64,000 bases of DNA from Candidatus Acidiferrales bacterium (GTDB taxonomy: Bacteria; Acidobacteriota; Terriglobia; Acidiferrales; UBA7541): the NCBI GenBank assembly GCA_035553255.1, contig DATNDJ010000032.1:1353-65352 (forward strand). Reading direction: 5' to 3'. The position numbers and the translations under genes were made by a program. Positions 18,869-27,000 of this stretch are shown piece by piece. Position 1 is the first letter of the stretch, and each line of letters opens with the position of its first letter. Under the pieces are notes generated by a model. It was not told where the DNA came from. It saw only the letters and a list, made by a program, of their open reading frames with translations, and made no database searches.

Positions 18869-20118
18869 CGCCGCAGCGCCCCTGCGCGGCGATGCGCCTC
18901 GAGCCCTTCGGCCGCGGCCATTGCCTCGACGACAGGCGCCAACCGCCGCATTCCCTGCCGCGAAAGCTCCTGGACGCTGATGCATTTTACGAAGTCCGCG
19001 GTGGAAAGCCCGCCGCGCGAACGCGCCGCACCCCCCGTGGGGAGCACGTGATTCGTCCCACTCGCGTAATCACCGGCAGGTTGCGCGCTCCAATCGCCGA
19101 GGAAAATGCTGCCTGCCGAATGAATTTGCTTCAGCATGCCGCGGGCGCGACCAGCGAGCGTCAAATGCTCTGGCGCGAACTCGTTCACGAAGCGCACGGC
19201 CGCCGCCGCGTTCGGCGCGATGAGCACGAAGCCATTCTGCCGGAGCGAGCGCCGCGCAAGATTCGCCGGTGGCAATTCCACAAGCTGGCGCTCGATTTCC
19301 GCCGCTGTCGCAACCGCGAATTTTGCCGAGGTCGTCACGAAGATCGAGATCGCGTCCGGATCGTGCTCCGCCTGCGCGATTAAATCGGCGCCCAGGAGAC
19401 GCTGGTCGCCACCTTCCGCGAAAATGACCGCCTCGGTAGGCCCCGCCAACATGTCTATCGAGCAATCCGCGCTCACCAACCGCTTCGCGGCCGCGACGAA
19501 CCGATTGCCCGGCCCGCAAATCTTATCCACGCGCGGAATTGATTCCGTGCCGTAGGCCAACGCAGCAATCGCCTGCGCGCCACCGATACGCGCGATCCGC
19601 CGCACGCCCAGCAGGGCAGCCGCGGCCAGCAACGGCGCGCCGGGCTGCGGGCTCGTCACCACGATCTCGCCCACGCCTGCTTCCTGCGCCGGAATGGCGG
19701 TCATCAGCAGCGTTGAAACGAGGGAAAATCTTCCGCCGGGAAGATAACATCCGACGCGCTCGATGGGCTGGACGCGCTGGCCCACGCGTACGCCACGCTC
19801 GACTTCGAAGTTCCATTCCTGCGGCCGCTGGCGCCGCGCGACCGCGCGAATATTTTGCACCGCATGGTTCACGGATGCGAGGAAGTGGCTCGGAACTCCG
19901 CGTGCGGCTTCGCGCAATTCCGCGGGCGTGACCCAGAGACTTTTCTTATCCAGGTTCACGCGGTCGAATCGCTTGGCCCAAGCAAAAAGAGCCGCATCGC
20001 CACGACGGCGCACGTCCGCGATGATTTTCGCCGCCGCACGCTCCGCCGCGCGCGTGCGGTCGCGCCGATTCCCCAGAATTCTCGCCCGCACTGATTCCGT
20101 TAATCGTTCGGGCCGCAT
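18865..20118 (-). CDS. hisD: Histidinol dehydrogenase HisD
   Basis: From ATG 20118: ...IIADVRRRGDAALFAWAKRFD...AGPTE...QAEHDPDA...GDYASGTNHVLPTGG. This is the canonical HisD. It shares 1 nt with the hisG stop. Confidence 0.9.
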   Translation of the reverse strand: MRPERLTESVRARILGNRRDRTRAAERAAAKIIADVRRRGDAALFAWAKRFDRVNLDKKSLWVTPAELREAARGVPSHFLASVNHAVQNIRAVARRQRPQEWNFEVERGVRVGQRVQPIERVGCYLPGGRFSLVSTLLMTAIPAQEAGVGEIVVTSPQPGAPLLAAAALLGVRRIARIGGAQAIAALAYGTESIPRVDKICGPGNRFVAAAKRLVSADCSIDMLAGPTEAVIFAEGGDQRLLGADLIAQAEHDPDAISIFVTTSAKFAVATAAEIERQLVELPPANLARRSLRQNGFVLIAPNAAAAVRFVNEFAPEHLTLAGRARGMLKQIHSAGSIFLGDWSAQPAGDYASGTNHVLPTGGAARSRGGLSTADFVKCISVQELSRQGMRRLAPVVEAMAAAEGLEAHRRAGALRR

Positions 20119-20999
20119 CAGTAGACGACCTTGTTCAGCGGATATTCGACGATTCCCTCCGCGTGCGCGGATTTGAGCTTGGGGATCAATTGCCGCACGA
20201 TTTTTTCCTCGACGATGGTGCTGATCGCGACCCACCGCGGATCGCTGAGCTGCGCGATGGTCGGATTGCGCAGCGCCGGCAGCGCCGCGATGACCCCGGC
20301 CAAATCGTCGCGCCTCACGTTGAGCATGAGCCCGACGCGGCTATAGGCGCGGATCGCACCTTCGAGGAGCAGCACGATATTTTCGATCTTTTCGCGCTTC
20401 CAGGCGTCGCGCCATGCGCCTCCATTGGCGATGAACTGCGGGGCGGATTCGAGCAGCGTTTCGACCACGCGCAGGTGATTCGCGCGCAGGGAACTGCCCG
20501 TCTCCGTCACTTCCACGATGGCGTCGGCGAGTTGCGGCACCTTCACTTCCGTGGCGCCCCAGGAAAACTCGACGCGGGCCTGCACGCCGCGCTCTTCAAG
20601 ATATCTGCGCGTCAGGCCGACCGCTTCGGTCGCGATCACCTTACCTTCCAGGTCGCGCACGGTTCGCACCGGCGAATCCTCCGCCACGGCCAACACCCAG
20701 CGGACGCGGCCGAGGCTCGTCTTCGAGTAAATCAGTTCAGCCACTTCCTCAACGTGCGCGCCCGTCTCGAGGATCCAATCCTTGCCGGTTAATCCCGCAT
20801 CGAGCGCGCCGCTTTCCACATATCGCGCCATTTCCTGGGCGCGCACGAGCATGCATTCGATCTCCGGGTCGTCAATCGCGGGGAAATAGCTCCGCGAGCC
20901 GACGGAAATCCTCCAGCCGGCGCGCGCGAAAAGCTCGATGGTGGAATCCTGCAAGCTGCCCTTGGGGATGCCCAGCTTCAGCGGCTTTCTCTCGTTCAT
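20118..20999 (-). CDS. hisG: ATP phosphoribosyltransferase HisG (long form)
   Basis: From ATG 20999: [29 protein letters not shown]...DLTGKDW. A C-terminal regulatory-domain-length extension is present. It overlaps the hisI stop (ATGA). Confidence 0.85.
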   Translation of the reverse strand: MNERKPLKLGIPKGSLQDSTIELFARAGWRISVGSRSYFPAIDDPEIECMLVRAQEMARYVESGALDAGLTGKDWILETGAHVEEVAELIYSKTSLGRVRWVLAVAEDSPVRTVRDLEGKVIATEAVGLTRRYLEERGVQARVEFSWGATEVKVPQLADAIVEVTETGSSLRANHLRVVETLLESAPQFIANGGAWRDAWKREKIENIVLLLEGAIRAYSRVGLMLNVRRDDLAGVIAALPALRNPTIAQLSDPRWVAISTIVEEKIVRQLIPKLKSAHAEGIVEYPLNKVVY

Positions 21000-21385
21000 C
21001 GCGTTGTCCCCTTGCCATAGAGGTCTTCGGGCCGCGAGATTCGCTCCGCGATCACGGTGGCATCGCCGCCGCGCTCGATGCGGCGATAGAAGCAGCTGCG
21101 GTACCCTTCGTGGCACACGGCGCCGCCCTCGAGCTCGGCGCGTACCAGCAGCGCGTCCTGATCGCAATCGGTGCGCAGCTCACGCAGGCGAAGGCGCTGG
21201 CCGCTTGTCTCGCCCTTGGTCCACAGCTTTTTTCGCGAGCGGCTATAGAACGTCACGTAGCCGGTATCCATTGTCCGATCCAGCGCCTCGCGATTCATGA
21301 ATCCGAGCATGAGGACGTCGCCATTCGCCGCGTCCTGGACGATAGCTGGTATCAGCCCGGCTTCCTTTTCGAAATCCAGTTCCAT
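20996..21385 (-). CDS. hisI: Phosphoribosyl-AMP cyclohydrolase HisI (monofunctional, no HisE domain)
   Basis: [25 protein letters not shown]...[17 protein letters not shown]...DCDQDALL...CHEGYRSCF. 129 aa, preceded by GAGGGAG. Confidence 0.9.
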   Translation of the reverse strand: MELDFEKEAGLIPAIVQDAANGDVLMLGFMNREALDRTMDTGYVTFYSRSRKKLWTKGETSGQRLRLRELRTDCDQDALLVRAELEGGAVCHEGYRSCFYRRIERGGDATVIAERISRPEDLYGKGTTR

Positions 21386-21459
21386 TTCTCTCCCTCATGT
21401 TTCGGCCTGCGCATTCCCAACGCGGTGCGGCGTGCCGATTCTTCTCCGCACAATCGCAT

Positions 21460-21500
21460 AAAAACAAAAAGCCCGCTGGCGCTTGCCGCGCCAGCGGGCC
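21460..21500 (-). terminator. Intrinsic terminator (attenuator) between the His leader ORF and hisI
   Basis: Minus-strand RNA GCCCGCUGGCGC-GGCAA-GCGCCAGCGGGC is a 12-bp perfect GC-rich stem (21499-21488 / 21482-21471). UUUUUGUUUUU follows directly (21470-21460). It lies 74 nt before the hisI ATG. Confidence 0.8.
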
Positions 21501-21592
21501 GATGAGTCCAGCTTTGCTTCCAGCTAGCCACACCGCCGCAGGCACGACTCGGCGTGATGATGATGGCTATGATGATGGTGCTGTGCCCGCAG
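21486..21592 (-). promoter_or_regulatory. Alternative-pairing segments 1, 2 and 3 of the putative attenuator
   Basis: Paired by eye. Seg1 CUGCGGGCAC (21592-21583) pairs with seg2 GUGCCUGCGG (21545-21536): 10 contiguous pairs, 2 of them G-U. Seg2 extended, UCGUGCCUGCGG (21547-21536), pairs with CCGCUGGCGCGG (21497-21486, terminator 5' arm plus loop): 11 of 12 positions, with 2 G-U and one U-U mismatch. Confidence 0.55.
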
Positions 21593-21598
21593 GTTCAT
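21524..21598 (-). CDS. Candidate his-operon leader peptide, 24 aa: MNLRAQHHHHSHHHHAESCLRRCG
   Basis: Not in the ORF track because it is too short. Reads ATG AAC CTG CGG GCA CAG CAC CAT CAT CAT AGC CAT CAT CAT CAC GCC GAG TCG TGC CTG CGG CGG TGT GGC TAG. Eight His in nine consecutive codons, directly upstream of a terminator and the his operon. Confidence 0.7.
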   Translation of the reverse strand: MNLRAQHHHHSHHHHAESCLRRCG

Positions 21599-21607
21599 TG
21601 CCCCACC

Positions 21608-21636
21608 AAGCTACGCAAGGCCGTCACGCTTGTCAA
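21608..21636 (-). promoter_or_regulatory. Candidate sigma70-type promoter for the his leader
   Basis: Minus strand TTGACA (21636-21631), 17-nt spacer, TAGCTT (21613-21608). Only 9 nt (GGTGGGGCA) separate the -10 element from the leader ATG. Confidence 0.4.
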
Positions 21637-21711
21637 CCGGTTTTTGGGCGCGGCCATAGCTCGTTGAGATGCTCCGCTGATTTTCCGGCGCTGGTGTTCG
21701 TGCGGCGCAGC

Positions 21712-21741
21712 TTCAAATCGCGGGAAACCGGGTGCTATAAT
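21712..21741 (+). promoter_or_regulatory. Candidate sigma70-type promoter for the ctp gene (divergent from the his leader)
   Basis: TTCAAA (21712-21717), 18-nt spacer, TATAAT (21736-21741) with an extended -10 TG (TGcTATAAT). It lies about 115 nt upstream of ATG 21858. Confidence 0.45.
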
Positions 21742-21857
21742 ATGGCTTCCGCGCACCGCAAGCTGGAATTTGTGGATGGCGGGTGCAAAGCCAGGGCGGC
21801 CCTTCGAGAACCTCGAAACAAAGGGGACAGCAAGGCCGAACCGCACAGGGATAAGGG

Positions 21858-23072
21858 ATGAGCTCTCTGACGAAAAAAATCGTGGTCATTCTTTCGGTGC
21901 TGATCTTCTGCTACACGACGGTGGGGTACGTGATGGGCCGCTCATCGGCGGACAAGGCCTTCCAGGCGCTCACTGTCTATAGCGAGGTGCTCAGCCACAT
22001 TCAGCACGATTATGTGGACGATCCCAACGTAAACTCCGTCACCAACGGTGCCTTGCACGGCTTGCTCGATTCACTCGATCCCGAATCGAGTTACCTGAGC
22101 CCGCTCGAATACAAAGATTACAAGGCAAAGCTGGCGGCCAAGTCCAAGGGCGAAGCGGGCCTGGCGCTCACCAAGCGCTTCGGGTACATCGCCGTGCTCT
22201 CCGTCCTGCCGGGCAGCCCCGCGCAAAAGGCTGGGTTGCGGCTGGGCGACACTCTCGAGAAAGTGGCCGGGTTCAGCACGGCGCAAATGGCCATCGAGCA
22301 GGCGCAATTGCTTCTGACTGGCGAGCCCGGCGCTACCGTGACGCTTTCTGTGATTCAGCCTGGCAATCCGGAGCCGAAGGAAATTCAGCTAACGCTCGCA
22401 AAGCTTCCCGCTCCGAGGCTCGCGGAAGACAAGGTTCAAGGCGATACGGCCTACCTGCGCGTGCCGGAATTCTCCGCGGGCATGTCCAAGCAGATTCGCG
22501 AGAAGCTGGTGCAGTTCAATCATCAGGGGCTGCACAAGCTGATTCTGGATTTGCGGAATTGCGCGTTGGGCGACGATCAGGAAGGCATCGCAACGGCGCA
22601 GCTCTTTATTTCATCCGGCACGATCACGACGCTGAAGGGGCAAACGGTGAGCCCCGTCGTCTCCTCCGCCGATCCCAGCAAGGTAGTGTGGACGCAACCG
22701 GTGGCCGTGCTGATCGGCAACGGAACGGCGGGAGCCGCCGAAATCGTGGCTGGCGCGATTACCGGCAATCACCGCGGCGAAACCGTTGGCGACCGGACCT
22801 ACGGCACGGCTTCGATGCAAAAGACCGTGCAACTCGACGACGGCTCGGCTCTGATCCTCACTGTCGCGAACTACTACACACCCGCCAACAAGGAAATCCA
22901 GGCCGAGGGCGTGGCCGCGAATGAAGTGGTGCAGCCACCGCCTCCGGATAATTACGCGGATATGTCGCAGGTTTATCCTCCGCTGCCGTCGAGCTCGCTC
23001 GACGATCCGGTGGTAAAGAAGGCGATGGAGATCCTGCAGCAGGGCGGAACCCCCGCGAAAAAGGCCGCGTAA
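21858..23072 (+). CDS. Carboxyl-terminal processing protease (S41 family, PDZ domain)
   Basis: N-terminal membrane anchor, PDZ-like GSPAQKAGLRLGDTLEKV, S41 core (VAVLIGNGTAGAAEIVAGAI..., LTVANYYTP). Confidence 0.85.
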   Translation: MSSLTKKIVVILSVLIFCYTTVGYVMGRSSADKAFQALTVYSEVLSHIQHDYVDDPNVNSVTNGALHGLLDSLDPESSYLSPLEYKDYKAKLAAKSKGEAGLALTKRFGYIAVLSVLPGSPAQKAGLRLGDTLEKVAGFSTAQMAIEQAQLLLTGEPGATVTLSVIQPGNPEPKEIQLTLAKLPAPRLAEDKVQGDTAYLRVPEFSAGMSKQIREKLVQFNHQGLHKLILDLRNCALGDDQEGIATAQLFISSGTITTLKGQTVSPVVSSADPSKVVWTQPVAVLIGNGTAGAAEIVAGAITGNHRGETVGDRTYGTASMQKTVQLDDGSALILTVANYYTPANKEIQAEGVAANEVVQPPPPDNYADMSQVYPPLPSSSLDDPVVKKAMEILQQGGTPAKKAA

Positions 23073-23078
23073 GCGATC

Positions 23079-24263
23079 GTGACCGCCGGGGGCGGGACGA
23101 GCGTCACCCGGCGACATATTTTCCGACCCTCCCTCCGACACTTGGCGCGACACTTCGTCCGATACCTCGGGATCATCGCTGCGCTTCTGTGCGGATTTCT
23201 GGCAGGAGGCTGCGGGAACAAATCTCTCTCGAAATCGACCGTGCGCCAGGTGACGCGCGAAATCACCAGCGCCGCGCAGCAGATCACCTCCCGAAATTCC
23301 AACATCACGATCCGGCCGGAGCCGAGTTCGACTTCGTTTTTTTCGGGTTTGCGGCCGGGGGCGGACGATATCGTCGTGCCGCTTACCGATTCGTCGCAGG
23401 AGGGCACATTGCGCCGGGCTGTCGGGCAAATCGCGCGCCGCCACGGACTATCGGTTTCCGAATCGCGCACGGGCGGAGGGCTGCGCTTGGATCTGGCGTT
23501 TCACGGTGCGCGTACGCATCGCATTCTGCTTAAGTTGCCTCCCGAGACCGCCGAAAAAGGCGTTCCGAAGCTCGCGATTATCATGGATGACGTCGGTTAT
23601 GACCGTGCAGCAGCAAATGCCGTGTTCGCACTGCCGTTCCGCGTGACCGCTTCCGTGCTTCCGAATCTGCCGCTTTCTACAGAAGTCGCCCAGGAGGCGC
23701 ATCGCCGCGGCGATCAGGTGCTGCTGCACCTGCCGATGCAGCCGCAGGAGCACGGCGCAGCGCATGAGCGCATTGAATTAACGGTGGGAATGAGCGCCGC
23801 GCAGGTGGGCGCAACGCTTCAGGAAATGCTGCGGACGGTTCCTTACGCAGCCGGCGTAAATAATCATGAAGGCTCGCGCGCGACGGAGGATTCCGCACTG
23901 ATGAGCGAATTGATGACCTCGCTTCGCGCGGATGGCCTCTTCTTTATTGATAGCCGCACGACGGCGCAGACCGTTGCGTATACTGCCGCACGCGAAGCCG
24001 GCGTGGCCGCGGCATCGCGCAACGTGTTTCTAGACGACGTCGCCTCTACCGACGCGATCCTGGCGCAGCTCAACCTGGCCGCTCGGGACGCCCGCCTGCA
24101 CGGATGGGCTATCGCGATTGGGCATCCTCGGCCGGCAACGATAGCGGCGCTGAAGAAAGGCGTTCCCCTGCTGGAACGCAACGGCGTGCGTCTGGTGTTC
24201 GCGTCGGAGATGGTGCACACCGGGCAAGCTGAACGGGCAGGGGCCGCGCGCACCGGGAGGTAA
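23079..24263 (+). CDS. Divergent polysaccharide deacetylase family protein (YibQ-like), probable lipoprotein
   Basis: KLAIIMDDVGYD, VNNHEGSRATED, LFFIDSRTT and IAIGHPRP motifs. N-terminal LAGGC lipobox-like sequence. The start codon is uncertain. Confidence 0.75.
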   Translation: MTAGGGTSVTRRHIFRPSLRHLARHFVRYLGIIAALLCGFLAGGCGNKSLSKSTVRQVTREITSAAQQITSRNSNITIRPEPSSTSFFSGLRPGADDIVVPLTDSSQEGTLRRAVGQIARRHGLSVSESRTGGGLRLDLAFHGARTHRILLKLPPETAEKGVPKLAIIMDDVGYDRAAANAVFALPFRVTASVLPNLPLSTEVAQEAHRRGDQVLLHLPMQPQEHGAAHERIELTVGMSAAQVGATLQEMLRTVPYAAGVNNHEGSRATEDSALMSELMTSLRADGLFFIDSRTTAQTVAYTAAREAGVAAASRNVFLDDVASTDAILAQLNLAARDARLHGWAIAIGHPRPATIAALKKGVPLLERNGVRLVFASEMVHTGQAERAGAARTGR

Positions 24264-24303
24264 GAACGGCGCATCCTTCGCGGCGCAGTGTATTCTTATC
24301 TCC

Positions 24304-25530
24304 ATGTGGGAATTGGATTGCGCGCTGGAATTCGATTCCGCGCACGAGGAGAACTTTTTTGCCGCTCTGCCGCAGCGCCAGGGCGTGCTGCTGATCGAAC
24401 TGCGAAGCGCGGGCGGCGATGCGCAACCCTATCTGGCCCGCACGGCGGATATCCGGCGCGCTGCGGAGCGCCTGCTGCGCATCCCAGAGGCGGGAGCGAA
24501 GCGGTTGAACCTGCGCGAGGCGGCAGTACGCATTCGCTATCGCCGCACCGGTTCGAAATTCGAACAGATGCTCGCGATCAGCGAGCAGGCGCGGCGGTAT
24601 TTCCGGAGCACCTATCGCAAGCGGCTGCGGCTGCGCCCTCCGGCAGTGCTGAAAGTGAATTTGCGCAATTCGTATCCGCGCTGCTACGTGACCCGCGGAA
24701 TCCGTCCCGATGAGGGATTTTATTACGGGCCGTTCGCTTCGCGGCGGGCTGCGGACGCGTTTCTCGAAGGCCTGCTCGACTTCTTCAAGGTGCGAAGGTG
24801 CCAGATCAAGATCCGCCGCGACCCCAGCTTTCCCGGCTGCATTTACTCGGAAATGAAGATGTGCCTGGCGCCCTGCTTTGGCGGCTGCTCGTACGAGGAA
24901 TATGGGACGGAAACGGCGCGGCTGCTCGAAACACTTGAGAGCAGCGGCGCGGCGCTGACAGAGGCTATCGAGCGCGAACGCGAAGCCGCGAGCGACGCAC
25001 TCGATTTCGAGCGGGCTGCGGCCCTGCACAAGCGGCTGGAGAAGGCCAGGGCCGCCCTGCGCGGCCTGCCGGAAATCGCACGCAGAATCGGCGAGTTGGA
25101 TGCGGTGATCCTACAACGCAGCGTAGAGGAAATGGCGATCGTGGTGTTTCCCGTACGGGGCGGTATTTTGCGCGATCCGATCCCCCTGCGATTCGCGGAA
25201 ATCTCGAGCCAGCCGCGCTCGGTGGAGGCGATCCTGCGCGAAGCGCTCGATCCTGCCGCGGTTGCGGCACCCGCTGCGGAAGTATCTCCGGTCGAAACGG
25301 ATCCGGCACCGTCGCCCGGCACGCTGCGGCAAAAATATGGACTGAAGGAAATACCGCCGGAATTATCGGATCACCTGGCGCTAGTGGCTCGCTGGTTCTA
25401 TTCGAACCCGCGCGAGGGAGAGATTTTCTTTCGCGAGGCGGACTGGCCCTATCGCCGCATTCTTCGCGCGTGCGGGCGCCTGCTGCATCCTTCGGGCAGC
25501 GAGGACGCGACGAAAGCGCCTAAACAGTAG
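24304..25530 (+). CDS. UvrC N-terminal-half homologue (GIY-YIG-like region, Cys-rich region, UVR motif) lacking the C-terminal nuclease/HhH half
   Basis: YYGPFASRRAADAFLEGLLDFFKVRRC...PGCIYSEMKMCLAPCFGGCSYEEY...LDFERAAALHKRLEKA is collinear with E. coli UvrC (YFGPFPNG...IRQC...CLGPC...FEEAARIRDQI). The ORF ends at 408 aa. Confidence 0.55.
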   Translation: MWELDCALEFDSAHEENFFAALPQRQGVLLIELRSAGGDAQPYLARTADIRRAAERLLRIPEAGAKRLNLREAAVRIRYRRTGSKFEQMLAISEQARRYFRSTYRKRLRLRPPAVLKVNLRNSYPRCYVTRGIRPDEGFYYGPFASRRAADAFLEGLLDFFKVRRCQIKIRRDPSFPGCIYSEMKMCLAPCFGGCSYEEYGTETARLLETLESSGAALTEAIEREREAASDALDFERAAALHKRLEKARAALRGLPEIARRIGELDAVILQRSVEEMAIVVFPVRGGILRDPIPLRFAEISSQPRSVEAILREALDPAAVAAPAAEVSPVETDPAPSPGTLRQKYGLKEIPPELSDHLALVARWFYSNPREGEIFFREADWPYRRILRACGRLLHPSGSEDATKAPKQ

Positions 25531-25581
25531 CGAACGCGAGCGGAACGCGGAACGCCCTCCGTCAGCGGCGTACAATGGTAA

Positions 25582-26931
25582 ATGATGGCCGAGCGCGACT
25601 CCTCCCCCGAGCACATTGCCGCAACATCCGCGAATGCATCCCGACTGCCTGCGATGGTGCGCGCCATGCGGCATCGCAATTTCCAACTCTTTTTCAGCGG
25701 ACAGCTGATTTCGCTGATCGGCACCTGGATGGATACGGCGGCGGAAGCGCTGCTCGTGTATCGCCTGACGGGCTCCTCGCTGCTGCTGGGCACGGTGGCC
25801 TTCGCCGGGCAAGTGCCCGTGTTCCTGCTGGCCTCCTTCGGCGGAATGGTGGCGGATCGCGAAGACCGCAGGCGTGTGGTGATCTGCACGCAGGCGGCTT
25901 CGATGATTTTCGCGGCGGTGCTGGCATTTCTCACCCTGAGCAAGCGCGTAACCGTGTGGGAAGTGATTTTTCTGGCGGCGTGCATGGGCGTGGTGAACGC
26001 GTTCGATATTCCGACGCGGCAAGCATTTCTCGTCGAAATGGTCGGGCGCGAGGATCTGATGAATGCCATCGCGCTGAATTCTTCGATGTTCAACGGGGCG
26101 CGCGTGATCGGGCCGGTGATCGCGGGCATTCTTGTGTACAAAATCGGAGAAGGCTGGTGCTTCTTTTCGAATTCGGTAAGCTATATCGCTGTGATCGCGG
26201 GCTTGCTGATGATGAGGCTTCCGGCTCGGGTGCGGCAGAAGCAGGAGGCGTCACGGCTACAGCATATCGCGGAGGGATTTCGCTTCGTTCGCAACACGGC
26301 GCCCATCATGGCACTTCTGTTGCTGCTGGGATTGGTGAGCCTGGTGGCCATGCCGTATTCCGTGCTGATGCCGATCTTCGCGGAAACAATTCTGCACGGA
26401 ACGGCACGAACGTATGGGCTGCTGATGGGCGCGACGGGTGTGGGCGCGCTAACCGGGGCTTTGACGCTCGCCACGCGAAAGGGTGTGCGTGGCCTGGGAA
26501 AATGGGTGGCGATGGCCTGCGCGGGCTTCGGCGCCACACTGGTGCTCTTTGCCTTCTCGCACTGGTTCATCGTATCGCTGCTGCTGCTGATTCCGGCGGG
26601 CTTCTGCATGATGCTGCAGATGGCGTCCTCGAACACGCTGATCCAGGCGATGGTGCCGGACCGGCTGCGCGGTCGCACTATGGCGGTTTATTCGATGATG
26701 TTCATGGGCATGGCGCCGCTAGGCGCGCTGATTTCGGGCGCGCTGGCGGAGCGCATCGGGGCGCCATGGACGCTCGCTTCCGGCGGATGTATCGCGATTC
26801 TGGGCGCCGCGGCTTTCGCGCGTCATTTGCCGAAGATTCGCGTCGAGGCGCGGCAGCTGATCATCGCCCAGGGCATGGCGGGCGGCGATCCGGCGCAGGA
26901 AATGACGGCGTCGCCGCGCAACATCCGGTGA
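25582..26931 (+). CDS. MFS transporter (EntS/MFS_3-like)
   Basis: About 12 hydrophobic segments. N-terminal RNFQLFFSGQLISLIGTWMD and GGMVADREDRR loop motifs, typical of this MFS subgroup. Confidence 0.8.
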   Translation: MMAERDSSPEHIAATSANASRLPAMVRAMRHRNFQLFFSGQLISLIGTWMDTAAEALLVYRLTGSSLLLGTVAFAGQVPVFLLASFGGMVADREDRRRVVICTQAASMIFAAVLAFLTLSKRVTVWEVIFLAACMGVVNAFDIPTRQAFLVEMVGREDLMNAIALNSSMFNGARVIGPVIAGILVYKIGEGWCFFSNSVSYIAVIAGLLMMRLPARVRQKQEASRLQHIAEGFRFVRNTAPIMALLLLLGLVSLVAMPYSVLMPIFAETILHGTARTYGLLMGATGVGALTGALTLATRKGVRGLGKWVAMACAGFGATLVLFAFSHWFIVSLLLLIPAGFCMMLQMASSNTLIQAMVPDRLRGRTMAVYSMMFMGMAPLGALISGALAERIGAPWTLASGGCIAILGAAAFARHLPKIRVEARQLIIAQGMAGGDPAQEMTASPRNIR

Positions 26932-27000
26932 GCCGGAGCCGGCGGGTTCGCTTCTGCTATACTGCGCCTGCCCGCAATCTCCACGAAACGCGAGGTTCCG

